A stretch of 63,998 nt of DNA, the filler included, from Sandaracinaceae bacterium (GTDB lineage Bacteria; Myxococcota_A; Polyangia; Polyangiales; JADJQN01), in NCBI GenBank assembly GCA_947483975.1. It is 12 parts of 12 records of this genome, joined end to end, with 100 filler letters (N's around TTAATTAATTAA, not from the genome) between each part and the next. Parts side by side here need not be neighbours in the genome. Positions count along the whole stretch, not along the records: positions 16,284 to 21,542 come from CANKOL010000362.1; positions 21,643 to 26,900 come from CANKOL010000363.1; positions 27,001 to 32,256 come from CANKOL010000364.1; 9 more parts are not named here. One strand, 5' to 3'. The notes below the pieces were generated by a model. The model did not search any database, was not told the origin of the DNA, and saw nothing but the letters and a program-made list of their open reading frames with translations. Each line of letters opens with the position of its first letter. Position 1 is the first letter of the stretch. A program made the position numbers and the translations under genes. This document shows positions 19,947 to 29,111 of this stretch, piece by piece.

Positions 19947-21542
19947 CTAGGGCGTGGTCCTGCAGGTGAGCGTCACGCTGAAGGCGCTGAGGCTGCCGGT
20001 GTCGCCGGAGGCGAAGTCCTGGGCCCGCAGCAGCCAGGTGCCGTTGGCGAGGGTGCCGATCAGCGGCGAGTAGTCTGCGCCATAGGTGCCGGACAGAATG
20101 GGCGTGCCGCCGGGGGGCCACGCGGCGCCGCCGGCGACGAACGTGTACGGCCCGAGGAGGTCGGCGTTGCCGCCGACGCGATTCGAGAGGGTCGCGGTCG
20201 CGGTCGTCGGGCCGACCACGTCGAGCCTGACGTCACCCGCAAAGGTGTGGGGGGGGCCCCACGCGTGGGTCGTGCGCACCGACGCGACGACGCAGGTCGG
20301 GAGCGCCACCGCGAGGCCTAGGTTCACCGCGCCTCCGCCGCTGCCGAAGAAGCCGTCCGGCACGGCGACCGTGGGGCCCGCGTAGCTGACCGTGTACGAG
20401 CAGAGGCTCGGCGCGCCGCTGCAGACGAAGCCAGCCTCGATCGCGCACGAGGCGCTGCAGCCGTCGCCCGCGCGGACGCCGCCGTCGTCGCACGTCTCTG
20501 CGCCCGCCTGCACGCCGTCGCCACAGGTCGCCACGCACCGACTCGGGGTGCCCGTGCACGTCCAGCCTGCCTCGATCGCGCAGGTCGCAGAGCAGCCGTC
20601 GCCGGGGATGCGGTCGCCGTCGTCGCAGGCCTCGAGGCCGGGGTGGATGCCGTCGCCGCAGAGCGGCGCGCACGCGCTCGGCGCGCCTGTGCAGCGGTAG
20701 CCGACCTCGACCGCGCACGTCGCAGAGCAGCCATCACCCGACGCCGCGCCGCCGTCATCGCACGCCTCGACGCCCGCGATCACGCCGTCGCCGCAGGTCG
20801 CCACGCACCGACTCGGCGTGCCCGTGCAGGTGTAGCCGACCTCGATCGTGCACAGCGAGGAGCAGCCGTTGCCCGAGCTCGTGCCGCCGTCGTCGCACGC
20901 CTCGACGCCCGCGATCACGCCGTCGCCGCAGACCGGCGTGCACACGCTCGGCGCGCCCGTGCAGCGGTAGCCGACCTCGACCGCGCACGTCGCGGAGCAG
21001 CCGTCGGCCGCCGCCGTGCCGCCGTCATCGCAGGCCTCGGTGCCGGTGCGCAGGCCGTCGCCGCAGACCGGCGCGCACACGCTCGGCGTGCCCGAGCAGG
21101 AGTAGCCGACCTCGACCGTGCACGTCGCGGAGCAGCCGTCGCCGGTCCGGAGACCACCGTCGTCACACACCTCGGCGCCCGTGAGCAGGCCGTCGCCGCA
21201 GACCGGCGCGCACACGCTCGGGGCGCCCGCGCAGGCGTAGCCCAGCTCGACCGTGCACATCGCGGAGCAGCCGTCGCCAGCCGCCACGCCGCCGTCGTCG
21301 CAAGCCTCGACGCCCGCGCGCACGCCGTCGCCGCAGTCCGTCACGCACACGCTCGGCGCGCCCGAGCAGACGAAGCCAGCCTCGAGCGTGCACGTCGCAG
21401 AGCAGCCGTTGCCCGCCGCGGTGCCGCCGTCGTCGCAAGCCTCGGCGCCCGCGCGCACGCCGTCGCCGCAGGTCGTCACGCACACGCTCGGGCTGCCCGA
21501 GCAGGCGAAGCCAGCCTCGAGCGTGCACGTCGCCGAGCAGCC
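19947..21542 (-). CDS. myxococcal Cys-rich repeat (DUF4215-like) protein with C-terminal proprotein-convertase P-domain, 5'-partial
   Basis: 8 x 45-aa CGDG...EACDDG...GCS..C units; HTFAGDV...NGTWLLRAQD..GDTGSL. Confidence 0.88.
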   Translation of the reverse strand, partial: GCSATCTLEAGFACSGSPSVCVTTCGDGVRAGAEACDDGGTAAGNGCSATCTLEAGFVCSGAPSVCVTDCGDGVRAGVEACDDGGVAAGDGCSAMCTVELGYACAGAPSVCAPVCGDGLLTGAEVCDDGGLRTGDGCSATCTVEVGYSCSGTPSVCAPVCGDGLRTGTEACDDGGTAAADGCSATCAVEVGYRCTGAPSVCTPVCGDGVIAGVEACDDGGTSSGNGCSSLCTIEVGYTCTGTPSRCVATCGDGVIAGVEACDDGGAASGDGCSATCAVEVGYRCTGAPSACAPLCGDGIHPGLEACDDGDRIPGDGCSATCAIEAGWTCTGTPSRCVATCGDGVQAGAETCDDGGVRAGDGCSASCAIEAGFVCSGAPSLCSYTVSYAGPTVAVPDGFFGSGGGAVNLGLAVALPTCVVASVRTTHAWGPPHTFAGDVRLDVVGPTTATATLSNRVGGNADLLGPYTFVAGGAAWPPGGTPILSGTYGADYSPLIGTLANGTWLLRAQDFASGDTGSLSAFSVTLTCRTTP

Positions 21543-21642
21543 NNNNNNNNNNNNNNNNNNNNNNNNNNNNNNNNNNNNNNNNNNNNTTAATTAATTAANN
21601 NNNNNNNNNNNNNNNNNNNNNNNNNNNNNNNNNNNNNNNNNN

Positions 21643-21788
21643 CGCGCGCGCGCGTCGGCGGTGCGGGGCGCAGGCTCTTCGTCGTCGCGCTCGCGGAGCC
21701 CGGCGTCGCGGCGCCGCCCTCGGCGTTCGATGAGGTGCTGCGCAAGCCCGTGGACCTCACGGAGCTGATCGCGCTCCTGCGCGCCTGA
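21643..21788 (+). CDS. 3' end of response-regulator receiver-like domain
   Basis: AFDEVLRKPVDLTELIALL*. Confidence 0.6.
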
Positions 21789-21805
21789 GGCGCGCTCGCG
21801 CGGCC

Positions 21806-22459
21806 TCAGCGGCTGCAGCCGGAGACGTGCCCGGGCGGCGTGTTCGGCGGCACGACGACGGGGTGCGGGACCGTCGGACTCTCGGCGCACGCGACGCGGC
21901 GGAAGACGACGGGGATGTTGCGGAAGGCGTGCCCGTCGTCGAGGATCGACTGAAATTCCATCAGCGAGAAGTCGATCTTCCCGCTGTAGGTGTCGACGGC
22001 GTAGCCGCCCATGAAGCCGCAGTAGTCGCGCTCGACGGTGTACTCGATCCCCGAGAAGACGATCGTGCCGTCAGGCGCGACGGTGCCGCGCGCGGTCTCC
22101 CGCACCTCGGCGCGGGTCCTCCCCGAGTCACACGCGGGCGGCTCGGAGGTGCGCTCGTCGCCCGTCCAGAAGTGCACGCGCATCTGCCCGTTCAGCTGGC
22201 TCGGCTGCCCCGGGACGCGCCGCACGTCGAGGTTGACGACGTACCACTGCCGCTGCTGCGGATAGAACGCGTGCGACATCCACGTGCCCGTCACGGGATC
22301 GCTGCAGTCCGTCGCCGGGGGCGGCAGCCGCGCGCGCTGCTCCTGCACGTTGGCGGGCGCGTGGATCGGCCAGCCCATCAGCGCGAGCACGCCCGCGCAG
22401 CCCGCGAGCCAGCGCACCCAGCGCGAGCGTCTGCGGGCCTCTGGCGATCGCGCGCGCAC
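21806..22459 (-). CDS. secreted hypothetical protein
   Basis: Signal-like N-terminus, DPVTGTW, beta-rich, several Cys. Confidence 0.7.
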   Translation of the reverse strand: MRARSPEARRRSRWVRWLAGCAGVLALMGWPIHAPANVQEQRARLPPPATDCSDPVTGTWMSHAFYPQQRQWYVVNLDVRRVPGQPSQLNGQMRVHFWTGDERTSEPPACDSGRTRAEVRETARGTVAPDGTIVFSGIEYTVERDYCGFMGGYAVDTYSGKIDFSLMEFQSILDDGHAFRNIPVVFRRVACAESPTVPHPVVVPPNTPPGHVSGCSR

Positions 22460-22466
22460 GCCCCGC

Positions 22467-23456
22467 TCAGCTCGCGAGCAGCCCCGCGCCGTGGAGCGCG
22501 GCCTCTCTCGCGTGCGCGAGGAGGCGGTCCGCCCCGCGCGCGAGGAGCGATGAGGCGATCTCTCGCCCCGCGTCGATCGCCGCCTGCAGGCGCACCGCGG
22601 GGTCGTCGCTCGTCAGCCAAGCGTCCGTGCCGGCGCGGAGCACCTCTTCGCCGTCCACCGAGCCGACGAGCCCATCGACGCGCAGGCGCGAACCGTCCGG
22701 CTCGAGGCGCGCGTGCGCCGCCATCGGCGCCTGACAGCCGCCCTCGAGGCTGCCCAGAAACGCGCGCTCCGCCTCGACGCAGAGGCGCGTCGGCGTGTGC
22801 TCGAGCGGCGCGAGCAGCGCGCGCGTGCGCTCGTCCGTGGCGCGCGCCTCGAGCGCGAGGACGCCCTGACCGACGGCGGGGAGCGAGATATCGACCGGGA
22901 TCGGCCAGAGCGGCCGCTGGTCGAGGCCGAGGCGGCGCAGCCCGGCGTAGGCGAGCACGATCGCGTCGTACTGCCCCTCGTCGAGCTTGCGCAGGCGCGT
23001 GTCGACGTTGCCGCGCAGCATGGCGTAGGCGAGGTCGTTGCGGAACGCGCGCAGCTGACAGCTGCGCCGCAGCGAGCTCGTGCCGATGCGCGCCCCGGCG
23101 CTGAACGCGTCGAGCTCTTGGCCGCTCTTGGAGACGAGCACGTCGCGCGGGTCCTCGCGCTCCGGCACGCAGACGAGCGCGAGCCCCTCGGCGAGCATCG
23201 CGGGCACGTCCTTCATCGAGTGCACCGCGAAGTCCGCGCGCCCGTCCGCGATCGCGGCCTCGACCTCGCTGACGAAGAGGCCCTTGCCGCCGATCTTCGA
23301 GAGCATCCCGGTCTGGTTGCGGTCGCCCTCGGTGACGATCTGCACCTCCTCGATCTCGAGGCCAGGCCAGCGCGCGCAGAGCTGCGCGCCGATCGCGCGG
23401 GTTTGCGTCAGCGCGAGCAGGCTCTTGCGCGTCGCGACCCGGAGCACGTTCTTCAC
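22467..23456 (-). CDS. hemC: hydroxymethylbilane synthase
   Basis: ATRKSLLALTQ, GGKGLF, AVHSMKDVP, GTSSLRR, RGNVDTRL, LEGGCQAP. Confidence 0.97.
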   Translation of the reverse strand: MKNVLRVATRKSLLALTQTRAIGAQLCARWPGLEIEEVQIVTEGDRNQTGMLSKIGGKGLFVSEVEAAIADGRADFAVHSMKDVPAMLAEGLALVCVPEREDPRDVLVSKSGQELDAFSAGARIGTSSLRRSCQLRAFRNDLAYAMLRGNVDTRLRKLDEGQYDAIVLAYAGLRRLGLDQRPLWPIPVDISLPAVGQGVLALEARATDERTRALLAPLEHTPTRLCVEAERAFLGSLEGGCQAPMAAHARLEPDGSRLRVDGLVGSVDGEEVLRAGTDAWLTSDDPAVRLQAAIDAGREIASSLLARGADRLLAHAREAALHGAGLLAS

Positions 23457-23490
23457 AGTTCCCCCTGGGCGGCGCAGATCATTCGGCTCT

Positions 23491-24822
23491 TCACAGTTCC
23501 CCTTTGGCGACCGCGGTCGCAGCGTTCTTGGCGGGCGGCGTCGCGGCCGGCGCGTCGCCTCGATCGAGATCGAAGAGGCGCCGGACGGCGTGCAAGAGCT
23601 GCCCGCCGTGATCGGCCTCGACGCCCTTCTTCAGCTCGGTCAGCGGCTGATGGAGCAGCTTGTTGACCATCGCGTCGCCCATCTTCTCGAGGCTCTTGCG
23701 GTCCTCGTCGCTGAGCGAGCGCAGGCGCGGCGCGGTGCGCTCGAGCTCCGCCATCACGACCTCGCGGAAGCGCGTGCGGAGCGCGACGATGGTCGGCGTG
23801 AGCTCGAGGCTCTTGCGCCAAGACTCGAACTCCAGCACCTCGCCCTGCACGATGCGCTCGGCGGACTCAGCCTCTTTGCGGCGCGCGTCGACCGCGCCGC
23901 GGGACACGCTCTCGAGCTGATCGACGTCGTAGAGGAAGACGTTCTCGAAGTCGCCGACGCGCGGATCGATGTCGCGCGGGACGGCGATGTCGACGAGCAG
24001 CATCAGGCGATGCCGCCGCGCCTTGACGACCGTCTGCATGACCTCGTGCGTGATCACGAAGCGCGGGCTCGCGGTCGAGCTGATGACGACGTCCGCGAGC
24101 GTCAGCTCCGCCGCGAGATCCTCGAAGGTGCGCGCCTCGCCCTCGTACGCCGCGGCGAGCGTCTGCGCGCGCTCGAGGCTGCGGTTGAGCACGACGAGCC
24201 GAGCGCCGTCGTTGCGGAGCACCTTGGCGGCGGCTTCCGCCATCTCGCCCGCGCCGACGAGCAGCACGCGGCGCCCCTCGAGCTTGCCGAAGACCTTGGC
24301 CGCGAGCTCGCAGGCGATGTTGCTGACGCTGACGGAGCCCGCGGCGATGCCCGTCTCCGAGCGCACGCGCTTGGCGACCGTGAACGCCTTCTGAAAGCAG
24401 CGCGAGAGCATCGCGCCCGCCGTACCGGCGCCCTCGGCGGCGGTGAAGGCGTCCTTCACCTGCCCGAGGATCTGCGGCTCGCCGAGGACCATCGAGTCGA
24501 GGCTCGAGGCCACGCGAAAGACGTGCGAGACGGCGTCCCCGCCGGAGCGCTCGTAGAGGTGCGCGTCGAGGTCGCTCGACTTCGCGCGCTGCGCGAGCCA
24601 CTGCCGCGCGGCCCGCGAGCCGAGCACCGGATCGGTCGCCGCGGCGTAGACCTCGACGCGGTTGCACGTCGAGATGACGACCGTCTCGTCGACTGAGCCC
24701 GTCGCGACGAGCGCGCGCAGGTCCTCGGTCAGCTGCTCGGCGGGGATCGCGAGGCGCTCTCGGATCTCGAGGGGCGCGGTGCGATGGGAGAGCCCGACGA
24801 CGAAGATCTCGCGGGCGCTCAC
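23491..24822 (-). CDS. hemA: glutamyl-tRNA reductase
   Basis: GLSHRTAP, STCNRVE, SLDSMVLGEPQILGQ, GAGEM, DIAVPRDID. Confidence 0.97.
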   Translation of the reverse strand: MSAREIFVVGLSHRTAPLEIRERLAIPAEQLTEDLRALVATGSVDETVVISTCNRVEVYAAATDPVLGSRAARQWLAQRAKSSDLDAHLYERSGGDAVSHVFRVASSLDSMVLGEPQILGQVKDAFTAAEGAGTAGAMLSRCFQKAFTVAKRVRSETGIAAGSVSVSNIACELAAKVFGKLEGRRVLLVGAGEMAEAAAKVLRNDGARLVVLNRSLERAQTLAAAYEGEARTFEDLAAELTLADVVISSTASPRFVITHEVMQTVVKARRHRLMLLVDIAVPRDIDPRVGDFENVFLYDVDQLESVSRGAVDARRKEAESAERIVQGEVLEFESWRKSLELTPTIVALRTRFREVVMAELERTAPRLRSLSDEDRKSLEKMGDAMVNKLLHQPLTELKKGVEADHGGQLLHAVRRLFDLDRGDAPAATPPAKNAATAVAKGEL

Positions 24823-25619
24823 AGGGCCTCCGCGCGGAGCACGTAGCCGACGAGCACGACGACGGCGCACGCGAAGCCGAGCATCGTGCCGATCGCCGCC
24901 CGCCTCCCGCGCCACCCGGCGAGCACGCGCAAGAACAGCACGCCCGCGAAGAACAGCCACGCGAGCATCGCCGTCAGGCGCGACACGTTGAACGACGGGT
25001 GCTCACCGAGGCGCGCCGCGACGACCGCGCCCGTGATGATGCCGACCGTCAGCAGGGGGAAGCCGATCGTGACGAGCTGAAAGCCGAGCGAGTCGAGCAC
25101 GTCGAGCGGCGGCAGGCGCTGGAACAGCCCGCCGAGCTGCTTCTTGCGGAGCAGGCTCTCTTGGATGAGGTAGGCGAGGGCGACGGCGAAGGCGAGCGCG
25201 AAGGCGACGATGCCGAGGATGTTCACGCCGACGTGCACCGGCAGGAGCGCAGAGCGCACGGGCTCCGGCACGGCGGCGACGTTGCGCTGAAACCCCGCGC
25301 CGAGAAAGAGCAGCAGCGTGACCGGCGTGATGAACGCGCCGAGCACGGCGAGGCGATACCGGCGCAGCGCGAGCAGGTAGCCGATCGCGATCAGCGCGGA
25401 GGTCGTCGCCAACATCTGCCGGATGTCGGCGGTCGGCAGGTTGCCCCCGACGGCGTAGTCGGCGCCGAGGAAGACGATGTGCGCGACGACCGCCGCGCCG
25501 AGCAGGCGCGTGGCCCAGCGGCCGAGATCCTCTGCGCCGCGCACGGCGAAGACGAGATAGAGCGCGCCGGCGATCGAGTAGAGCGCGGCGGCGGCGAGGA
25601 AGGTGAGGGTGACGATCAC
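24819..25619 (-). CDS. ccsA: CcsA/HemX-like cytochrome c assembly membrane protein
   Basis: Multi-TM; HV, YLIQE..LRKK, LPPLDVLD, GFPLLT, GWRGRR; coupled to hemA. Confidence 0.85.
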   Translation of the reverse strand: MIVTLTFLAAAALYSIAGALYLVFAVRGAEDLGRWATRLLGAAVVAHIVFLGADYAVGGNLPTADIRQMLATTSALIAIGYLLALRRYRLAVLGAFITPVTLLLFLGAGFQRNVAAVPEPVRSALLPVHVGVNILGIVAFALAFAVALAYLIQESLLRKKQLGGLFQRLPPLDVLDSLGFQLVTIGFPLLTVGIITGAVVAARLGEHPSFNVSRLTAMLAWLFFAGVLFLRVLAGWRGRRAAIGTMLGFACAVVVLVGYVLRAEAL

Positions 25620-25626
25620 GCGCGTA

Positions 25627-26043
25627 TCACTGGGACTGAAGGAAGAAACGCGCAAGGAGGTCGATCTCACCCGTCGGCGGTTCGCCCATCGCCGCCCGCG
25701 TGGCGCCCGCGAGCGAGTCGCCGCTGATCACGGTCGCCGTGTCGTGGAGCGGCTCGCCGACGAAGCCCTCGAGCACCTCGTAGGCGTCCGGATCGAGCAC
25801 GACCGAGCCCGACGAGTAGTCCCCGCCGAGCGCCGTGATCTGCCCGAGATCCTTCACTTTGCCGATCAGCGAGTGCGCGTCCCCGCCGCCCGCGACCTCG
25901 CTGAGGAAGCGCACGGCGGTCTGCAGGCGGAACTGCTGCCCCTCTGGCTGGAGCGTCAGCAGGTCGTGCTCGATCGTCACGCGCTCCTCGGAGAGCCAGA
26001 CGTCGAGGGCTTCTTGCGGGATGAAGACGCGGTTCTGGGGCAT
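25627..26043 (-). CDS. hypothetical protein
   Basis: Good codon bias; ends 7 nt before ccsA start. Confidence 0.8.
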   Translation of the reverse strand: MPQNRVFIPQEALDVWLSEERVTIEHDLLTLQPEGQQFRLQTAVRFLSEVAGGGDAHSLIGKVKDLGQITALGGDYSSGSVVLDPDAYEVLEGFVGEPLHDTATVISGDSLAGATRAAMGEPPTGEIDLLARFFLQSQ

Positions 26044-26128
26044 GGGTGGGGACGGCTCCGAGGGCTCCGAAATCGCTGGCGAAAGCTAACACGCGAGCCC
26101 GCGCGCGGGAAGCCGGGGCGCGTAGCGA

Positions 26129-26158
26129 TTGACAGTGCCGCATGGCGCGCCCCATGGT
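26129..26158 (+). promoter_or_regulatory. putative trxA promoter
   Basis: TTGACA-N18-CATGGT ending 21 nt upstream of ATG. Confidence 0.4.
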
Positions 26159-26179
26159 CTCGCCCCTGAGGTGACCCCC

Positions 26180-26509
26180 ATGGCTGGCAAGAACGTGCTC
26201 ACGGTGAACGAGCTGAATTTCGAGGCGCAGGTCCTGAAGAGCGATGTGCCCGTGCTCGTCGACTTCACGGCGACCTGGTGCGGGCCGTGTCGGCAGATCG
26301 CGCCGCTCGTCGACCAGATCGCGGACGAGTACGTCGGGCGCGCGAAGGTCGCGAAGCTCGACATCGACGAGTCCCCCGGGATCGCTCAGAAATACGGCAT
26401 TCGCGGCGTGCCGACGCTCTACGTCTTCAAGGGCGGGCAGGTCGTCGCGCAGCAGGTGGGCGCGGTGCCGAAGACGGCGCTGGTCTCGCTGGTCGAGCGC
26501 GCGCTCTGA
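26180..26509 (+). CDS. trxA: thioredoxin
   Basis: VLVDFTATWCGPC, GIRGVPT. Confidence 0.97.
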   Translation: MAGKNVLTVNELNFEAQVLKSDVPVLVDFTATWCGPCRQIAPLVDQIADEYVGRAKVAKLDIDESPGIAQKYGIRGVPTLYVFKGGQVVAQQVGAVPKTALVSLVERAL

Positions 26510-26580
26510 CTCGTTCGGAGCGCTGAGTCGTTTAGAGGGTTGAGTCGTCGGGGCGCTGAGTGGTCAGCGCCGCGGCGGCG

Positions 26581-26900
26581 TCATGGCTGCTGACGAAGCT
26601 GCTGGAAGCGCTGCTGCAAGCGGCGCTCGCGCTCGTCGGCGGAGGCGGAGTGCCGCGTCCAGGCGATCACCGCGCCGACGCTGAGGATCACGAGCGCGAG
26701 CGCGACCGAGATCCAGATGATCGCGCGTCCGTTGGAGGCGCGCGGCGCCTGGCGCACGAGGTCCTCCGCGGTGGCGACGGGCGCGCGCTGCGGTGCGCGC
26801 TGAGACGGGCGCTGGGGCGCTTGCGCCGGATTCTGCGGGGCGACGGCGGGTGGAGTGCTCGCGGGCGCGCGGCCGAGGGCCCCTGGTCGGCTCGGGGGGC
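26581..26900 (-). CDS. 3' end of Pro-rich single-TM protein
   Basis: ..AIIWISVALALVILSVGAVIAW..QQLRQQP*. Confidence 0.6.
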
Positions 26901-27000
26901 NNNNNNNNNNNNNNNNNNNNNNNNNNNNNNNNNNNNNNNNNNNNTTAATTAATTAANNNNNNNNNNNNNNNNNNNNNNNNNNNNNNNNNNNNNNNNNNNN

Positions 27001-29110
27001 CGACGGCGCCGAGGCGCCCCCCGTCACGCCGCCCGTCGTCGCGGTGCCCGCGGACGTCGCCGAGCCGCTCGGTGAGACGCGCGGCGACGACGTCTACGCG
27101 GAGTCGGTCGTGTCGGCGTCGCGCACCGCGCAGTCGCCCCTCGACGCCCCCAACTCGACGACGATCATCACCGCGCAGGACATCCGCCTCACGGGGCTGA
27201 CGAGCCTCGGAGACCTGCTCCGGCGCGTCGCGGGCGTCGACGTGATGCGCCTGACGCCCGGCGACACGCAGTTCTCGATCCGCGGCCTCAACCAGCGCTT
27301 CTCCAACAAGGTCATCGTGCTGCTCGATGGCCGCTCGGTGTACCTCGACTTCCTCGGCACGACGCAGTCGGACACGCTGCCGTTCAACCTCGAGGACGTC
27401 GAGCGCATCGAGGTGATCCGTGGCCCGGCGTCCGCGCTCTACGGCGCCGACGCGGTCACCGGCATCGTCAACATCATCACGCGCGACCCCGGCGAAGGCC
27501 GCGCCTACGCTGCGCTCAGCGGCGGCAACGACGGCGTCGGGCGCGCGGTCGGCGGCGTGACGGCGCGCAGCGGGGGCCTCTCCTACCGGCTCAGCATGGG
27601 CTACGCGCAGGCGTTCAATTACGCCGCGGTCGTCGACCCGCGCCGCGTCGACGTGCTGCCCGCGTCGGGCTCGCCGTACGGCCTGATGAACGTCTGGTTC
27701 AACGGCGACTTCCGCTATCAGCTCGGGCACGGCTATCAGCTGCGGTTCGGCAACGCGACGCAGACGGGTAGCTCGACGATGCAGGGCGTCAGCCGCCTGC
27801 GGCAGATCGAGTCTGCGGGGCAGGTCTTCTCGCAGACGTACGCGCAGCTCAACACGCCGATCGGGCTGCAGCTGCGCACCTTCTGGAACGGCTTCGGCAC
27901 GACCGCGACGGTGGACGAGCAGGTGACGGGCGCCATCCCGACGACCGCCGACGACATCGTGCAGCACATCGTGGACGTGGAGGCGACGTACGCGCACCGC
28001 TTCGGCACGGGCTTCCGCAACGACATCACCGCCGGGCTCGCGTACCGCTACAAGTACATCGACTGGGTCTGGCTCGGCCCGCAGGTCAACACGCAGCACC
28101 ACTTCGCGGCGTACCTGCAGGACCAGATGCGGATCATCAAGGGGCTGCAGCTCGTGGTGAGCGCGCGCCTCGACTCGCACCCGCTGCTCGCCGCGATCCA
28201 GGTCTCGCCGCGCGCGTCGGTCGTCGTGCGCCCGAGCCGCGGGCAGGCGTTCCGCGCGACGGTGGGCCGCGCGTTCCGCGGGCCGACGTTCCTCGAGTCG
28301 TACCTGAACATCGACAACAACTCGCCGCTGCGCGGCGTGACCGCCCTCGGCGCGGGCAACACCAAGCTGCGCCCCGAGGAGATGATCTCGGCCGAGATCG
28401 GCTACGCGAACCAGGCGAGCGACTACTTCGCGCTCGAGGTGAACGGCTACTTCAACCTCGTCAGCGACCTCATCTCGCTCTCGTCGGTCGACACCTATCG
28501 CCTGCGCGACACGGACGGCGCGGGCGCAGAGGCGGGCGGCGCCATCCCCGCGGGCGGCTTCATCGGCGCGGTCGACGCGTTCCCCGTCGGCGTGCTGCGC
28601 TATCAGAACCTCGGGCTGCTCGCGAGCACGGGGCAGGGCGCGCAGTTCCGACAGCTCGGCGCAGAGGTCGGCGTGCGCGTGTTCCCGCTCGACGGCCTCG
28701 ACGTCTACGCGAACTACGCGCTCAGCGACACCGCGCCGAACAACCTCACCGCGGTCGAGGCGCAGCAGCGGCTGCGCGGCTTCGAGGCGGATCAGCGCAC
28801 CAGCCTGCACAAGGTCAACGTCGGCGTGCAGTACCGCTCGCGCTTCGGGCTCGACGTCTCGACGGATTTTCACTGGGTGAGCTCGCAGCTCTGGGTCGAG
28901 CAGGTGAGCGACGTCGCGACGGGCGTCGCCTTCCAGAGCTTCGCCTTGCCGAACTACGCGGTGCTCGACGCGCGCGTCGGCTATCGCCTCGGCACGCACC
29001 TCGAGTTCGGCATCGTGGGCACCAACCTGCTCTCTTCCGGGGTGCGCCAGCACCCGTTCGCGCAGCCCATCGACCGACGCGTCTGGGGCAGCGTCACGGC
29101 GAGGTTCTGA
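27001..29110 (+). CDS. TonB-dependent receptor, 5'-partial
   Basis: VVSASR, plug SIRG, IEVIRGPASALYGADAVTGIVNIIT, NLL, terminal F. Confidence 0.95.
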
Positions 29111-29111
29111 G

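Noticed and set aside
24819..25619. Coexistence of cytochrome c System II with System I
   Set aside because: ccsA/hemX next to hemA is a common arrangement; no WWD motif or ResB partner is visible, so a second maturation system is not supported
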